DNA of 64,000 nucleotides from an uncultured Ruminococcus sp. (GCA_902778725.1 CACYYS010000005.1:2335-66334), one strand, 5' to 3'; numbered from the stretch's first letter, positions 17,859 to 28,172 are shown. Translations and numbers: made by a program. Notes: a model not told the origin generated them from the letters alone.

Positions 17859-19853
17859 ATGCCCGCCCGAAAAAAAGCCGAACAGGAAAACGACCGGAGG
17901 ATCCTTGACGCGCTGTCTCTCTCCTTCCCCTCCGCGCGCGCGGCGGAGGCGGAGATCGTCAACCTCCGCGCCATCCTCGAGCTGCCGAAGGGAACGGAGC
18001 ATTTCATCTCCGATATCCACGGCGAGTACGAGGCGTTCCGCCATATCCTCAACAACGCTTCCGGCGTGATCCGGGAGAAGATCGACCTTCTTTTCTCCTC
18101 CTCCCTCTCCGAGGGGGAGCGCGCCGACCTCGCCGCCCTGATCTACTATCCCGACCTCAAGCTCCGTTCCCTTGCCGCGCGGGGGCTCGTCACCGACGCT
18201 TTCCTGCGCGACACGCTCCTCAGGATGACAAAGATCTGCCGGCTCGTCGCCTCCAAATACACCCGCAGCAAGGTGCGCAAGGCTCTGCCCGCCGAATACG
18301 CCTATATCTTTGAAGAGCTGCTCTACGAGAGCGAAAGCGAGACCCGCCTCCATTACCACGAAAGCATCCTCGCCTCGGTGATCGCCGTCGGCGCGGCGGA
18401 GAGCATGATCGGGGCGCTCGCCTCCTGCATCAAACGCCTGACGGTGGACCGGCTGCACATCGTAGGGGACGTCTACGACCGCGGCGCGCGTCCCGACGTC
18501 GTCCTCGACGACCTGATGGCACGCCCCCGCACCGACATCCAGTGGGGCAACCACGACGCGCTGTGGATGGGCGCCGCCTTCGGCAGCCGCGCCTGCATCG
18601 CCGCCGCGCTCAACAACGCCTTTTCCTACGGGAACCTCGACACGCTCGAGATCGGCTACGGCATCAGCCTGCGCCCGCTCGCCGTCTTTGCCTCCGAGAC
18701 CTACCGGAACTGCGACGTCTCCGCCTTCCTGCCGAAGGGGGAGGGCGCCTCCCCCTACGCGGCGGACTCCCCGCTCCTGCTCGCCGCGATGCACAAGGCG
18801 ATCGCGGTGATCGCCTTCAAGACCGAGGCGGAGGTCATCCGGCGCAATCCGTGGCTCCGGATGGAGGACCGGATCCTGCTCGAGCAGATCGACTTTGAAA
18901 AAAAGACCGTCCGCATCGCCGGACGGGACCGGCCGCTGCGGGACTGCGACTTTCCGACCGTCGATCCCGCCGACCCCTGCCGCCTCTCTCCGGCGGAGGA
19001 GGAGGTGACGGAGCGGCTGGTACGGGCCTTCACCTCCAGCGAAAAGCTCCGCGCCCACGCCGCCTTCCTGCTCGAGCGGGGCGGGATCTACCTCTGCTGC
19101 AACGGCAACCTCCTCTTCCACGGCTGCGTGCCGATGGAAGAGGACGGCAGCCTGATGCGCTTCCCCGTCGACGGCGAGATGCTCGCCGGGAAAGCCCTGT
19201 TCGACGCCCTGGAGCGCAAGCTCCGCCGCGGATGCCTTGCGCCGGAGGACTCCCCCGAGCGGCGGGAGGCCTGCGACCTTTTCTGGTTTTTCTGGTGCGG
19301 GCGGCACTCCCCGCTCTTCGGCCGGGACAAGATGGCGACCTTCGAGCGGACGCTGGCGGACGACCCCTCCGACCCCTCCCTCGGCGAGGAAAAACGCAAC
19401 CGCTACTACACCCTCTACCGCAACGAAGCGGACTGTCTCCGCATCCTCGCGGAGTTCGGGCTGACGGGAAAGAACGCCCATATCGTCAACGGCCACGTCC
19501 CGGTCTGCCGCAAAAAAGGGGAGAGCCCCGTCAAGGCAAACGGCAGACTGATCGTGATCGACGGCGGCTTCTGCCGCGCGTATCAGGGCAAGACCGGCTC
19601 CGCCGGCTATACCCTCGTCTACAACTCCCGGGGCCTGCGGATCATCGCGCACAAGCCCTTCTCCGGCATCGAGAACGCGGTGGAGAAGGACGAGGATATC
19701 GACTCGACCTCCGAGCTGTTTGACGAGACCGACCGCCGGATCCTGGTCGCGGACACAGACGAAGGAGCCGGGATCCGCCGCCGGATCGAAGAGCTGACGA
19801 TGCTGCTTGACGCCTACCGCAGCGGCGCTCTCAAGGAAAAGAAACACAAATAA
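17859..19853 (+). CDS. fbp: Fructose-1,6-bisphosphatase class 3
   Basis: 664 aa; metallophosphatase motif HFISDIHGEYEAF; length and layout typical of Firmicutes class III FBPase. Confidence 0.93.
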   Translation: MPARKKAEQENDRRILDALSLSFPSARAAEAEIVNLRAILELPKGTEHFISDIHGEYEAFRHILNNASGVIREKIDLLFSSSLSEGERADLAALIYYPDLKLRSLAARGLVTDAFLRDTLLRMTKICRLVASKYTRSKVRKALPAEYAYIFEELLYESESETRLHYHESILASVIAVGAAESMIGALASCIKRLTVDRLHIVGDVYDRGARPDVVLDDLMARPRTDIQWGNHDALWMGAAFGSRACIAAALNNAFSYGNLDTLEIGYGISLRPLAVFASETYRNCDVSAFLPKGEGASPYAADSPLLLAAMHKAIAVIAFKTEAEVIRRNPWLRMEDRILLEQIDFEKKTVRIAGRDRPLRDCDFPTVDPADPCRLSPAEEEVTERLVRAFTSSEKLRAHAAFLLERGGIYLCCNGNLLFHGCVPMEEDGSLMRFPVDGEMLAGKALFDALERKLRRGCLAPEDSPERREACDLFWFFWCGRHSPLFGRDKMATFERTLADDPSDPSLGEEKRNRYYTLYRNEADCLRILAEFGLTGKNAHIVNGHVPVCRKKGESPVKANGRLIVIDGGFCRAYQGKTGSAGYTLVYNSRGLRIIAHKPFSGIENAVEKDEDIDSTSELFDETDRRILVADTDEGAGIRRRIEELTMLLDAYRSGALKEKKHK

Positions 19854-19883
19854 AGGGCGCCGAAGCGCCGGAAGGAAACAGCA

Positions 19884-20726
19884 ATGCCTCTCTATAATTA
19901 TCACTCTCACACGGCGCGCTGCGGGCACGCCGACCCCGACTGGACGGACGAGGACTACGTAAAGGAATATCTCGCCGCCGGGTACGGTACGGTCGCCTTC
20001 ACCGATCACGCGCCGGAAAAGACCCCCGTCGACCTGCGCCCCCGCATCCGGATGCCGTACACGCAGAAGGACGAATACCTGGCGAGCGTCCGGTCGCTCC
20101 GGGAGCGCTACGCGGACCGGATCCGCATCCTCTCCGGCTTTGAGATCGAATACTCCCCCGGGCGCGAGGAGGAGCTCTTTGAGCTGAAGCGGGAGAGCGA
20201 TCTCCTCATCCTCGGGCAGCACTACGTCCTGCTCGAGGGGGAGCCCTACTACTTCCGGAAGACCACCTGCCGGGACGGGGGGATCGTCCGGAAACTCGCC
20301 GATTACGTGGAACGCGCGATCGGGCTCGGTCTGCCGGATATCATCGCGCACCCGGACCACTATCTCCTCCACCGGACCGCGGAGTTCACGGAAGCCGACG
20401 CCGAGGCGGCGCACAGGATCTGCCGCGCCGCCGCCGAGCGCGATATCCCGCTGGAGATCAACCTCCACAACATCCTCGGCTGCACCTACCGCAGAGGCGG
20501 GACCGAAAACGACGATCCCCTCCCCGTCCAGCGGGAGCGCCTCCGGGAGATCTCCTATCCCCGGCGGGAGTTCTGGGAGATCGCGGCGAAGTACCCCGTC
20601 CGGGTCCTCTGGGGGATGGACGTCCATCACCGCGGCGAGATCGCGTACTTTGAGAAGCTGACCGCCCTTGCCGCGGACGTGCTCGGCGGTGTGGTCGACA
20701 GGCTGACCTTCACCGACCGTCCGTAA
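19884..20726 (+). CDS. Histidinol-phosphatase, PHP family
   Basis: 280 aa; N-terminal YNYHSHTARCGHA PHP motif, later HPDH. Confidence 0.85.
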   Translation: MPLYNYHSHTARCGHADPDWTDEDYVKEYLAAGYGTVAFTDHAPEKTPVDLRPRIRMPYTQKDEYLASVRSLRERYADRIRILSGFEIEYSPGREEELFELKRESDLLILGQHYVLLEGEPYYFRKTTCRDGGIVRKLADYVERAIGLGLPDIIAHPDHYLLHRTAEFTEADAEAAHRICRAAAERDIPLEINLHNILGCTYRRGGTENDDPLPVQRERLREISYPRREFWEIAAKYPVRVLWGMDVHHRGEIAYFEKLTALAADVLGGVVDRLTFTDRP

Positions 20727-20735
20727 AGCAAAACG

Positions 20736-20773
20736 AGACCGCCCCGCTCCGCGAATGCGGAGCGGGGCGGTCT
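20736..20773. terminator. Bidirectional terminator hairpin between convergent genes
   Basis: 17-bp perfect stem agaccgccccgctccgc / gcggagcggggcggtct with gaat loop. Confidence 0.7.
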
Positions 20774-20785
20774 TTCTGTCCGGGA

Positions 20786-22570
20786 TCAGGTCAGGTCGAT
20801 CACGGCGAAGTTCCCCCGGATCTTATCCTTGAGCGCCTCTGGCGCGCGGATCTCCACCCGCCCGGAGAAGGCGGCGGAGGAATCCTGCACCGCGACGATC
20901 GAGCCGCGGAACTCTCCGCCGGTCACGGTCACGCGCACGGTGCCGGTGACGACGGCGGGATCCTTGTCCGCCGTCCCGTTCGTCCCGACCCGGCCGACGC
21001 AGCAGAAGTTTCCGGCAAAAACGCCGCCGGAGATGAGGATCTCGCACTCGCCCTCAAAGGAGTTCATCCCCGTCCCCGCGCAGAGGTTGGAGCCGGAGGA
21101 GGCGACAAAGGTGCCGCCGGAGATCTCGATCTTCAGTTTGGCGTCCCTCTCCGTCGTGCCGATCCGCAGGGCGGGATCGCTGCGGCGGTTGCCGCCGCGG
21201 AAGTACGCCCAGGTGCCGGACCGGACCGTAAAGGAGCAGGTCCCGTGCAGGCTGACGTCCTCCGCCGGGACGCCGCCGAGCCCGACGTTGAAACCGGCGT
21301 TGAGGATGGGGTAGGTCGTCACGCCCGGGGCGAGCGTGCAGACGATCCCCTCGCCGAAGGTGACGTTGTGATAGCGGCAGGAGAGGATGGGATTGGCGGC
21401 GGCCGCCTCGATCGTCAGGTGCTCGAGCGTATAGTCGCCGTAAAAATTCAGATGCCGGGAGAGAGAGAGCTTCGCGCCCTTTTGGGCGTAGTCGGTCCCC
21501 TCCCAGAGAGAGGTGATCGTGATGGGCGCCTCCGTTTCGGGCAGGTGCGTTTCGTACGAGACGGCGCAGGGCCCGCAGAGAACGACCGTCCCGCCGCTTT
21601 TGCGCAGGAGACCGACCGCCTTTGCGAGCGTATCGACCGGACTCTGCGGAGAGGAGCCGTCGCCGGAGCCGTCCCCTCCGCCGAGCCAGACGACGCCGGT
21701 CCCGCTGACGGCGGGAACGGCGGGAACGAACTCCGTCCCCGTAAAGAAGGAGTAAAACGCGCGCGCGATCTCCCCGTACTGTTCCTTGTTCGGGTGGACG
21801 CGGTCCGCGTTGTAGTGCATCATCACGTTGAAGTATTCCCGCGTCATCTCAAAGAGATCGATCACTTCAAACCCGCCCTCCTCGGCGGCGGCGCGCTGGA
21901 TCTTCTGGACCGCTCCGTCGCTGAACTCGATGATCGGCTCCGCGTTCGTCGTCCGGATATGGGTGGCGATAAAGACCTTCTGCACCGTGGGGAGCGCGGC
22001 GTACTCCCGCGCGAGAGAGAGGAGCGCCGCCCGGAGATGCTCGCACGCCTCGCGGCAGGAGAGGCTGCGGATATCGTTGCAGCCGAGCAGGATCACGACG
22101 ATATCGGCGTGAAAAGCGAGACTCTCCTGATACTGCTTGGTGTTGCGGTAGGAAAGCTCGGGGCGGTCGCGCTTGGTGTTATAAGGATCGTCCGCGGCGA
22201 GCGCGTAGGAGCTCCCCTTGCCGAAGTTGCCGACGACGTAACCGTCGCCGAGCAGCGCCTGGAGCTGGCCGGGGTAGCCCTCCTTGTCCTGTCTTTCCGC
22301 GGGCGTACCGGTCCCCTGCGTGATGCTGTCCCCGATGAAGGCGATCCGCAGTTTCTTTCCGTCGGAGGGGGTCATCGACTCAAGGACCGAGGGTTCCGTT
22401 TCCGGCGGCGCGGGGGCTTCCGTCTCTTTTTCCGTCGGCGGCGCGGACCCGTCCGTCTCCCCCGTCGTTTCCGGGGTCTGCGGCGTTTTGCCGCAGGCGG
22501 TCAGGGAGGCGGCGGAAACGAGGAGGGCCAGCGCGAGGACAAAGGAAATTTTCCGTCTCAGGTTTTTCAT
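20786..22570 (-). CDS. Secreted lipoprotein with SGNH/GDSL hydrolase domain and C-terminal beta-helix-like repeats
   Basis: ORF to 22600; start preferred at MKNLRRK (22570) with a ggagag RBS. Lipobox LTAC; GDSL block IAFIGDSITQG; repeated GG(T/V/E)F segments near the C-terminus. Confidence 0.8.
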   Translation of the reverse strand: MKNLRRKISFVLALALLVSAASLTACGKTPQTPETTGETDGSAPPTEKETEAPAPPETEPSVLESMTPSDGKKLRIAFIGDSITQGTGTPAERQDKEGYPGQLQALLGDGYVVGNFGKGSSYALAADDPYNTKRDRPELSYRNTKQYQESLAFHADIVVILLGCNDIRSLSCREACEHLRAALLSLAREYAALPTVQKVFIATHIRTTNAEPIIEFSDGAVQKIQRAAAEEGGFEVIDLFEMTREYFNVMMHYNADRVHPNKEQYGEIARAFYSFFTGTEFVPAVPAVSGTGVVWLGGGDGSGDGSSPQSPVDTLAKAVGLLRKSGGTVVLCGPCAVSYETHLPETEAPITITSLWEGTDYAQKGAKLSLSRHLNFYGDYTLEHLTIEAAAANPILSCRYHNVTFGEGIVCTLAPGVTTYPILNAGFNVGLGGVPAEDVSLHGTCSFTVRSGTWAYFRGGNRRSDPALRIGTTERDAKLKIEISGGTFVASSGSNLCAGTGMNSFEGECEILISGGVFAGNFCCVGRVGTNGTADKDPAVVTGTVRVTVTGGEFRGSIVAVQDSSAAFSGRVEIRAPEALKDKIRGNFAVIDLT

Positions 22571-22648
22571 AAGGCAAGATCTCTCCTTTTTATTCATCAT
22601 ACCGGTCCCCGCCCGGGCCGTCTTTTCCCGGCGGGGAAACGGTTCTTT

Positions 22649-24538
22649 TCAGTGCGCGGAGCCGAGCTGCTCCCGGTCGTACTGGAGGGTATAGAGCCTG
22701 TGGTAGGGGCCGTTCTGCCCGAGGAGCTGAGCGTGCGTGCCCTGCTCGACGATCTCGCCGTGCGAGAGCACGATGATGTTGTCCGCGCGCCGGACGGTGG
22801 AGAGCCGGTGCGCGACGATCAGCATCGTGCCGATGGTCTTGATCCGCTCGAGCGACGCCTGGATCAGCTGCTCCGTCTCGGTGTCGATGTTCGCCGTCGC
22901 CTCGTCGAGGATGATGACGGAGGGCTTGTGCAGGATGGTGCGGGCGAAGGAGAGCAGCTGCCGCTGCCCGGCGGAGAAGTTGGCGCCCCGCTCCCGGACC
23001 GGCTCGTCAAGACCCCTCTCGAGCCGGGAGATGAAGCGGTCCGCGTTGACGTAGCGGCACGCCTCCATGACCTCCTCATCCGTGACGTCCTCCCGGCGCA
23101 GCACAAGGTTCGAGCGGATATCGCCGGAGAAGAGGAAAACGTCCTGGAGCATCTGCCCGAAATGCCGGCGCAGAGAGGCGATCCGGATCTTTTTCACGTT
23201 GACGCCGTCCACGAGGATCTCCCCCCGCTGGATGTCGTAATTGCGGCAGATCAGGGAGAGGATGGTGCTTTTGCCGGAGCCGGTGGCGCCGACGAAGGCG
23301 ACGGTCTGGCGCGGGAGGATCCGGAAGGAGACGCCCCGCAGGACCCACTCGTCCGGCTTGTAGGAGAACCACACGTCCCGGAACTCGATCTCCCCCCGGA
23401 TCTCCGGCAGGTCGATCGCGTCCGGCGCGTCGGTGACGTCCGGCTCGATGTCCATCACGCGGAAGATCTTTTCCGCCGAGGCGAAGGAGCGCTGGAGCAT
23501 ATCGAACTGCTCCGCGAGCGTCTGGATCGGGTTGAAGAATTTGGAGATGAACATATAGAAGGTGACGACCACCTCGGACGTGATCGTCTGCCCGAGGAAG
23601 GTCCGGTCCTCGATATACCCCTTGCCGCCGAGCCAGAGCAGGCAGAGGACGGAGGAGACGTAGAGCATATAGACCATCGGCCGGAAGACGCCGAAGACGA
23701 GCATCCGCTGGCGTTTTGCCCGCTTGAGCCGGTCGCTGCGCTCCTTGAACGCCGCCGTCTTCTCCTCCTCGCGGTTGAAGATCTGCGTGATCTTGATGCC
23801 GGAAAGGTTCTCCGAGAGGTAGGTGTTGATCTCGGTGGTCGCGTCGTTGACGCGGCGGTGCACCTTGCGGGAAAAGCGGCGGAAGATGACGGTGAAAAGC
23901 ACGACGAAGGGAACGAACGAAAGGACCATTAGCGTCAGCGCCCAGTTGAGCAGCAGCATCGCCCCGAGGACGCCGAAAATGACCATCACGTTTTTGGCGA
24001 GGGTGACGAGGATGTTGGTGAAGAGGAAGGAGATGGCGTTGGGGTCGTTTGAGACGCGGGTGACGAGCTTGCCCACGGGGATCTCCGAGAGCTGCGCGTG
24101 GGAGAGACTCTCGATATGGGTGAAGACGTCCTCGCGCATCGCGGTCAGGATCTTCTGCCCCGTCTTTTGCAGGATCATCGCCTGGACGTAGGTGCAGATC
24201 AGACTGACGGCGAGGATCCCCGCGTAGGCGGCGACCACGAGGAAGAGATAGGAGAGCTCGAAGCGGCCCTTGACCGTCCCCTCGATATGCCCGACGAGCA
24301 GGGGGGACGCGATATCGTAGGCGATCGAGAAAAGCATCGCGAAAAAGACGGCGACAAAGCTGCCGCGGTAGGGCTTTGCGTAGCGGAGCAGCCGCCGGAT
24401 CAGCTCCCGGTCCGACATACTGCGCTCGTACTCGGAGGGATCCTTTCTGCGTCCGACGGTCAGGTACGCGACGGTGAAAATCAGGGAGAAAAAGCCGATC
24501 GCCCCGCCCATGATCAGGAGAGGAAGATACTCACGCAC
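22649..24538 (-). CDS. ABC exporter, fused permease/ATPase (heterodimer partner B)
   Basis: 629 aa; 6 TM, Walker A GATGSGKST, signature FSAGQRQLL, Walker B IILDEA. Confidence 0.92.
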   Translation of the reverse strand: MREYLPLLIMGGAIGFFSLIFTVAYLTVGRRKDPSEYERSMSDRELIRRLLRYAKPYRGSFVAVFFAMLFSIAYDIASPLLVGHIEGTVKGRFELSYLFLVVAAYAGILAVSLICTYVQAMILQKTGQKILTAMREDVFTHIESLSHAQLSEIPVGKLVTRVSNDPNAISFLFTNILVTLAKNVMVIFGVLGAMLLLNWALTLMVLSFVPFVVLFTVIFRRFSRKVHRRVNDATTEINTYLSENLSGIKITQIFNREEEKTAAFKERSDRLKRAKRQRMLVFGVFRPMVYMLYVSSVLCLLWLGGKGYIEDRTFLGQTITSEVVVTFYMFISKFFNPIQTLAEQFDMLQRSFASAEKIFRVMDIEPDVTDAPDAIDLPEIRGEIEFRDVWFSYKPDEWVLRGVSFRILPRQTVAFVGATGSGKSTILSLICRNYDIQRGEILVDGVNVKKIRIASLRRHFGQMLQDVFLFSGDIRSNLVLRREDVTDEEVMEACRYVNADRFISRLERGLDEPVRERGANFSAGQRQLLSFARTILHKPSVIILDEATANIDTETEQLIQASLERIKTIGTMLIVAHRLSTVRRADNIIVLSHGEIVEQGTHAQLLGQNGPYHRLYTLQYDREQLGSAH

Positions 24539-26312
24539 GGTCCCGGTCCTCCTCTTCCTCCAGTTTTTGCAGATCGACCATCCGCCGGTAGTCGGGGCAG
24601 CGGGCGTAAAGCTCCGCGTGGCTCCCGACGTCCCGCACGCGGCCCCCCTCGAGGAAGACGATCTTGTCCATCCGCTCCACGGTGGAGATGCGGTGGGCGA
24701 TCAGGATCGTCGTCTTCCCCCGGCGGGTCTCGCGGAGATTGGCGAGGATGGTGCGCTCGGTATCGGTATCCACGGCGGAGACGCTGTCGTCGAGGATCAG
24801 GATCGGCGCGTCCTTCATCAGAGCGCGCGCGATGCTGATACGCTGCTTCTGCCCGCCGGAGACGGTCACGCCGCGCTCCCCGAGCACGGTGTCGTACCCC
24901 TCGGAAAAGCCGGCGATGTCCTCCGCCACCCCGGCGAGGGACGCCGCCTCCCGCACGGCGGCGGGATCGCGCCCGTCGGAGGCGAAGGCGATGTTGGCGC
25001 CGACGGTGTCGGAAAACAGGAAGTTGTCCTGCGGGACGTAGGCGCAGCCCGCCCGCAGCGAGCGGATCGTCACGGAGTTGACGTCATGCCCGTCGACAAA
25101 GAGCGTGCCGTCCGGCACGTTGTAGGTACGGAGGATCAGGTCGACGAGCGTCGTCTTCCCGGAGCCGGTCCGGCCGACGAGGCCGACGTTCTCCCCCGCT
25201 TCGATCCGGAAGGAGACGTCGGAGAGCGCGTCGAACTCCCCGTCGGGATAGCGGAAGGTCAGGTGGGAGAACTCCACCTCCCCGCGCATCGCGCCGATCG
25301 GCCGCGCGTCCGCGCGGTCGCGGACGGTGGGCGTTTCATCCAGCAGCTTGCCGATCCTGCCGAGCGACGCCTTGCCGCGGGAGGTCATATCGATCAGCTC
25401 GGAGACCGCCATGACCGGCCAGACCACGGCGGTGAAATATCCGATGAACTCCACGAGCTGCCCGGCGTTGAAGTCCCCGCGGTAGACGAGATACCCGCCG
25501 TAGCCGAGGATGATGCAGATCACGCTCTCGACAAAGAGGGTGACGAGGATCCGCAAGAGGACCGACGCCTTGGTGTGCGCGATGTTCGTCCTCTCGTTTT
25601 CCCGGTTCAGCTCCCGGAAGGCGAGCAGCTCCTTCGTCTCCATGACGAAGGCCTTGACCACCGCGATGCCGGAAAAGGACTCCTGCGCGAAGTCCGAGAG
25701 GCGGGAGAACGCCTCCTGCCGCGCGTCCCACTTGCGCATCATCGAGCGGCCGACCACCGTCGCCGAGGCGAGCAGCAGCGCCGTCGGGACGAGGGAGAGG
25801 AGGGTGAGCAGAGGATCCATCCTCCACATCTTGACGATCGCGAGCACCCCGAGGAAGAGCGCGTCGAAAAACATCATCACGCCCCAGCCGTAGCACTCCT
25901 GCACCGTCTCCAGATCGTTTGTAAAGAGCGACATCAGGCCGCCGACCTTGTTTTTCTGATAATAATCGGAGGAGAGATTCTTGGCGGTATCGAACATCCG
26001 GCGGCGCAGATCCGCCTCCATGCGGATCGCGGCGCCGAAAAAGGCGACCCGCCACAAAAAACGCCCCAGGGCGATCGAGCCGATGACGAGGACCATCGGC
26101 ATACAGACCCGGTCGAGCAGGAAGGCCATGTCGAACGCCGTCTCCCGTCCGTCGACGAGCACGACGCCGTCGTTGATCCCGTTGACGACCATCTGGTAGA
26201 GATTGGGGATGATCAGCTGGAGATAATCCACCGTGATCAGCGAAAGGAGCCCCAGCAGAAACCAAGGGGCGAAGCGAAGATAGTATCGGTTGATATGCCG
26301 CCCGAAAATCAT
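24531..26312 (-). CDS. ABC exporter, fused permease/ATPase (heterodimer partner A)
   Basis: 593 aa; Walker A GRTGSGKTT, signature VSGGQKQRI, Walker B LILDDS; 8-nt overlap with its partner. Confidence 0.92.
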   Translation of the reverse strand: MIFGRHINRYYLRFAPWFLLGLLSLITVDYLQLIIPNLYQMVVNGINDGVVLVDGRETAFDMAFLLDRVCMPMVLVIGSIALGRFLWRVAFFGAAIRMEADLRRRMFDTAKNLSSDYYQKNKVGGLMSLFTNDLETVQECYGWGVMMFFDALFLGVLAIVKMWRMDPLLTLLSLVPTALLLASATVVGRSMMRKWDARQEAFSRLSDFAQESFSGIAVVKAFVMETKELLAFRELNRENERTNIAHTKASVLLRILVTLFVESVICIILGYGGYLVYRGDFNAGQLVEFIGYFTAVVWPVMAVSELIDMTSRGKASLGRIGKLLDETPTVRDRADARPIGAMRGEVEFSHLTFRYPDGEFDALSDVSFRIEAGENVGLVGRTGSGKTTLVDLILRTYNVPDGTLFVDGHDVNSVTIRSLRAGCAYVPQDNFLFSDTVGANIAFASDGRDPAAVREAASLAGVAEDIAGFSEGYDTVLGERGVTVSGGQKQRISIARALMKDAPILILDDSVSAVDTDTERTILANLRETRRGKTTILIAHRISTVERMDKIVFLEGGRVRDVGSHAELYARCPDYRRMVDLQKLEEEEDRDRA

Positions 26313-26429
26313 AACTCCTCCGGGAAGAAAAAACTGTGTTTGTTTATTTTAGCACGTTTTTTTCCGTTTGTATAGAGGAAAAAGAAAAAAACCGGAGCGT
26401 CCGCAAAAAACGCTCCGGCAAGGGGTATC

Positions 26430-26660
26430 CTAACGCTTGCCGTCTTTTTCCCCGGTCAGACCGAGCAGATAATCGGTCGAAACGCAAAAGAGCCGCGCCG
26501 CCGCGATCAGATCCCCCACGCTCGGCTCGCTTTTGCCGCGCTCGAGATAGGAGATCTTGCGCTGCGTGAGATGCAGCTTTTTCCCGAGCTCCGTCTGATT
26601 GAGATCGGCGTCCTCGCGCAGGGCGCGCAGCCGCTCTCCGAACGTCCCTTTCATTTTCAT
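26430..26660 (-). CDS. XRE-family helix-turn-helix transcriptional regulator (76 aa)
   Basis: The ORF extends to 26963, but only the last 76-80 codons look coding. HTH LNQTELGKKLHLTQRKISYLERG. Start at ATG 26660 or 26672. Confidence 0.8.
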   Translation of the reverse strand: MKMKGTFGERLRALREDADLNQTELGKKLHLTQRKISYLERGKSEPSVGDLIAAARLFCVSTDYLLGLTGEKDGKR

Positions 26661-26696
26661 CACCCGTATCATTTTACGCCGGAGAAAAACTCCCTC

Positions 26697-26725
26697 TTGA
26701 CTTTTAGATAAAAATTGTCTAAAAT
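26697..26725 (+). promoter_or_regulatory. Candidate sigma-70 promoter with no adjacent ORF (TTGACT, 17 nt, TAAAAT)
   Basis: Read directly; the spacer contains the imperfect palindrome tagataaaaattgtcta. The next plausible start codon is 390 nt downstream. Confidence 0.45.
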
Positions 26726-27113
26726 AAAGGCGGTCCCGGGAAAAACCGGCGTTTTTTCCGGGGGAGCGGTCCTTTTTCGGCAAAAAAACGGCAGGAAAGT
26801 AAAGAAAAAGCCGGCGGGGACCGGCGGTTTTCCCCGTTTTTTTCCCGGTTTTGCGGGAGATCGCGCTTTCCGGGCGTTTTCCCCTCCCCTTTTCCCCCCG
26901 GCGCAAAAGCGCGGCAAAACGGAGGCGGAGAGCTCCGCCGCGGCAAATCGCCCGCGTCTGCAAAAAAACCGCAAAAAAAGAGCGGGAGCGCGGCGGCGCG
27001 GCGCAAAAAAAGAGGAAAGGCGATTCTCTTTTTCATAAAACGCGAAAGATCCGGCCCGGCTATCCTTGCCGGGCTTTTTTATTTCTTTTTTACAGTTTAA
27101 AGGAGACGGTTTC

Positions 27114-27425
27114 GTGAAAACCACAAGATTGGAAGACGGAACGCTTTTCTGCGAGCGGTCCTTTCCCGGAGGAAAGGCCGGCTACCGGCTGACGGCGGAC
27201 CGGGCGGAGGACGGCGGGACCGCCTATACCCTCTCCGTCCGTCGGATCTCTCCCGGCGGGGAGGAAGAGTGCGTCCTCCCCGACCTCGCCCCCTCGCGGG
27301 AAACGGCGATCCGGCTCTTTCGCCTCTTTGCCGACCGGCTCGTCCTGCCGGAGGAGGCGCCGTTTGTCTACGACGACCTCTGCGCGGCGGGCGGAGCCGA
27401 CTCCCTGCCCGATCCGGCGAAATAA
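27114..27425 (+). CDS. Small hypothetical protein (103 aa), resembles small proteins found next to sigma factors in Clostridia (recalled as DUF6514, unverified)
   Basis: GTG start 27114 preceded by aaaggaga RBS; followed by the strong hairpin gagagcccccggaccggcggtccggggctctc. Confidence 0.6.
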   Translation: MKTTRLEDGTLFCERSFPGGKAGYRLTADRAEDGGTAYTLSVRRISPGGEEECVLPDLAPSRETAIRLFRLFADRLVLPEEAPFVYDDLCAAGGADSLPDPAK

Positions 27426-27614
27426 GAGAGTCCCGCAGAGAGCCCCCGGACCGGCGGTCCGGGGCTCTCTCCGTCCGGCCCGCGGCGTCCGCGGCAGGTT
27501 TTTTCCGTCCGGCGGTGGACAAAAAAACTTTTTCCGGTTAAAATGAAAAAAACGCGAGACTTTTCCCTCCCGATCCGTAGAGTATAGGTGAGGCAGAAAG
27601 GAGGACGCGGACCT

Positions 27615-28172
27615 TTGGACGATAGTAAGATCATTGAACTGTTCTTTGAGCGCTCGGAGCAAGCAATCGTGGAACTGTCGGACAAATACGGAGAACGCTG
27701 CCGCAGGATCGCCGACCATATCTTAAGCAACAGGCAGGACGCCGAGGAGTGCGTGAACGACGCGTATCTCGGCGTGTGGAACACGGTGCCGCCGCAAAGG
27801 CCGGACCCGCTCTTTTCCTATCTTTGCCGCATTGTACGGAACCTGGCGATCAAGCGGTATCACGCAAACGCTTCGCAGAAGCGGAACAGCGTTTACGACG
27901 TGGCGCTGGACGAGATCGCGGACTGCATCCCCTCTCCCGGCTCCGTCGGGGAGGAGCTCGACGCGCGCGAGGCCGCCCGATCCGTCAACCGCTTTTTGAG
28001 CGGGCTTGACAGAGAGAGCCGGATCCTGTTTGTCCGGCGCTACTGGTACGCCGACTCGATCGAAGAGCTGGCGCTCCTGTTCCGCACCGGCAAACACAAC
28101 GTTTCCGTCCGCCTTTCCCGCATCCGGAAAAAGCTGAAAAAACACCTTGAAAAGGAAGGAGTCTCGCTATGA
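27615..28172 (+). CDS. RNA polymerase sigma-70 family, ECF-type sigma factor
   Basis: Start TTG 27615 with aaaggagga RBS. Region 2 DAEECVNDAYLGVW; region 4 SIEELALLFRTGKHNVSVRLSRIRKKL. Confidence 0.88.
   Translation: MDDSKIIELFFERSEQAIVELSDKYGERCRRIADHILSNRQDAEECVNDAYLGVWNTVPPQRPDPLFSYLCRIVRNLAIKRYHANASQKRNSVYDVALDEIADCIPSPGSVGEELDAREAARSVNRFLSGLDRESRILFVRRYWYADSIEELALLFRTGKHNVSVRLSRIRKKLKKHLEKEGVSL

Noticed and set aside
17733-20630. 965-aa minus-strand ORF
   Set aside because: It is antisense to the unmistakable class 3 FBPase and PHP phosphatase genes. This is a typical high-GC shadow ORF (Arg/Gly/Pro/Val rich, no motifs).
21245-23932. 895-aa plus-strand ORF
   Set aside because: It is antisense to the SGNH lipoprotein and an ABC exporter with intact Walker motifs, so it is a shadow ORF.
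26430-26963. Full 177-aa version of the XRE ORF
   Set aside because: The upstream 100 codons are low-complexity Arg/Lys/Gly sequence overlapping A-run/GC-hairpin DNA. The HTH domain with its own Met starts at 26660/26672.
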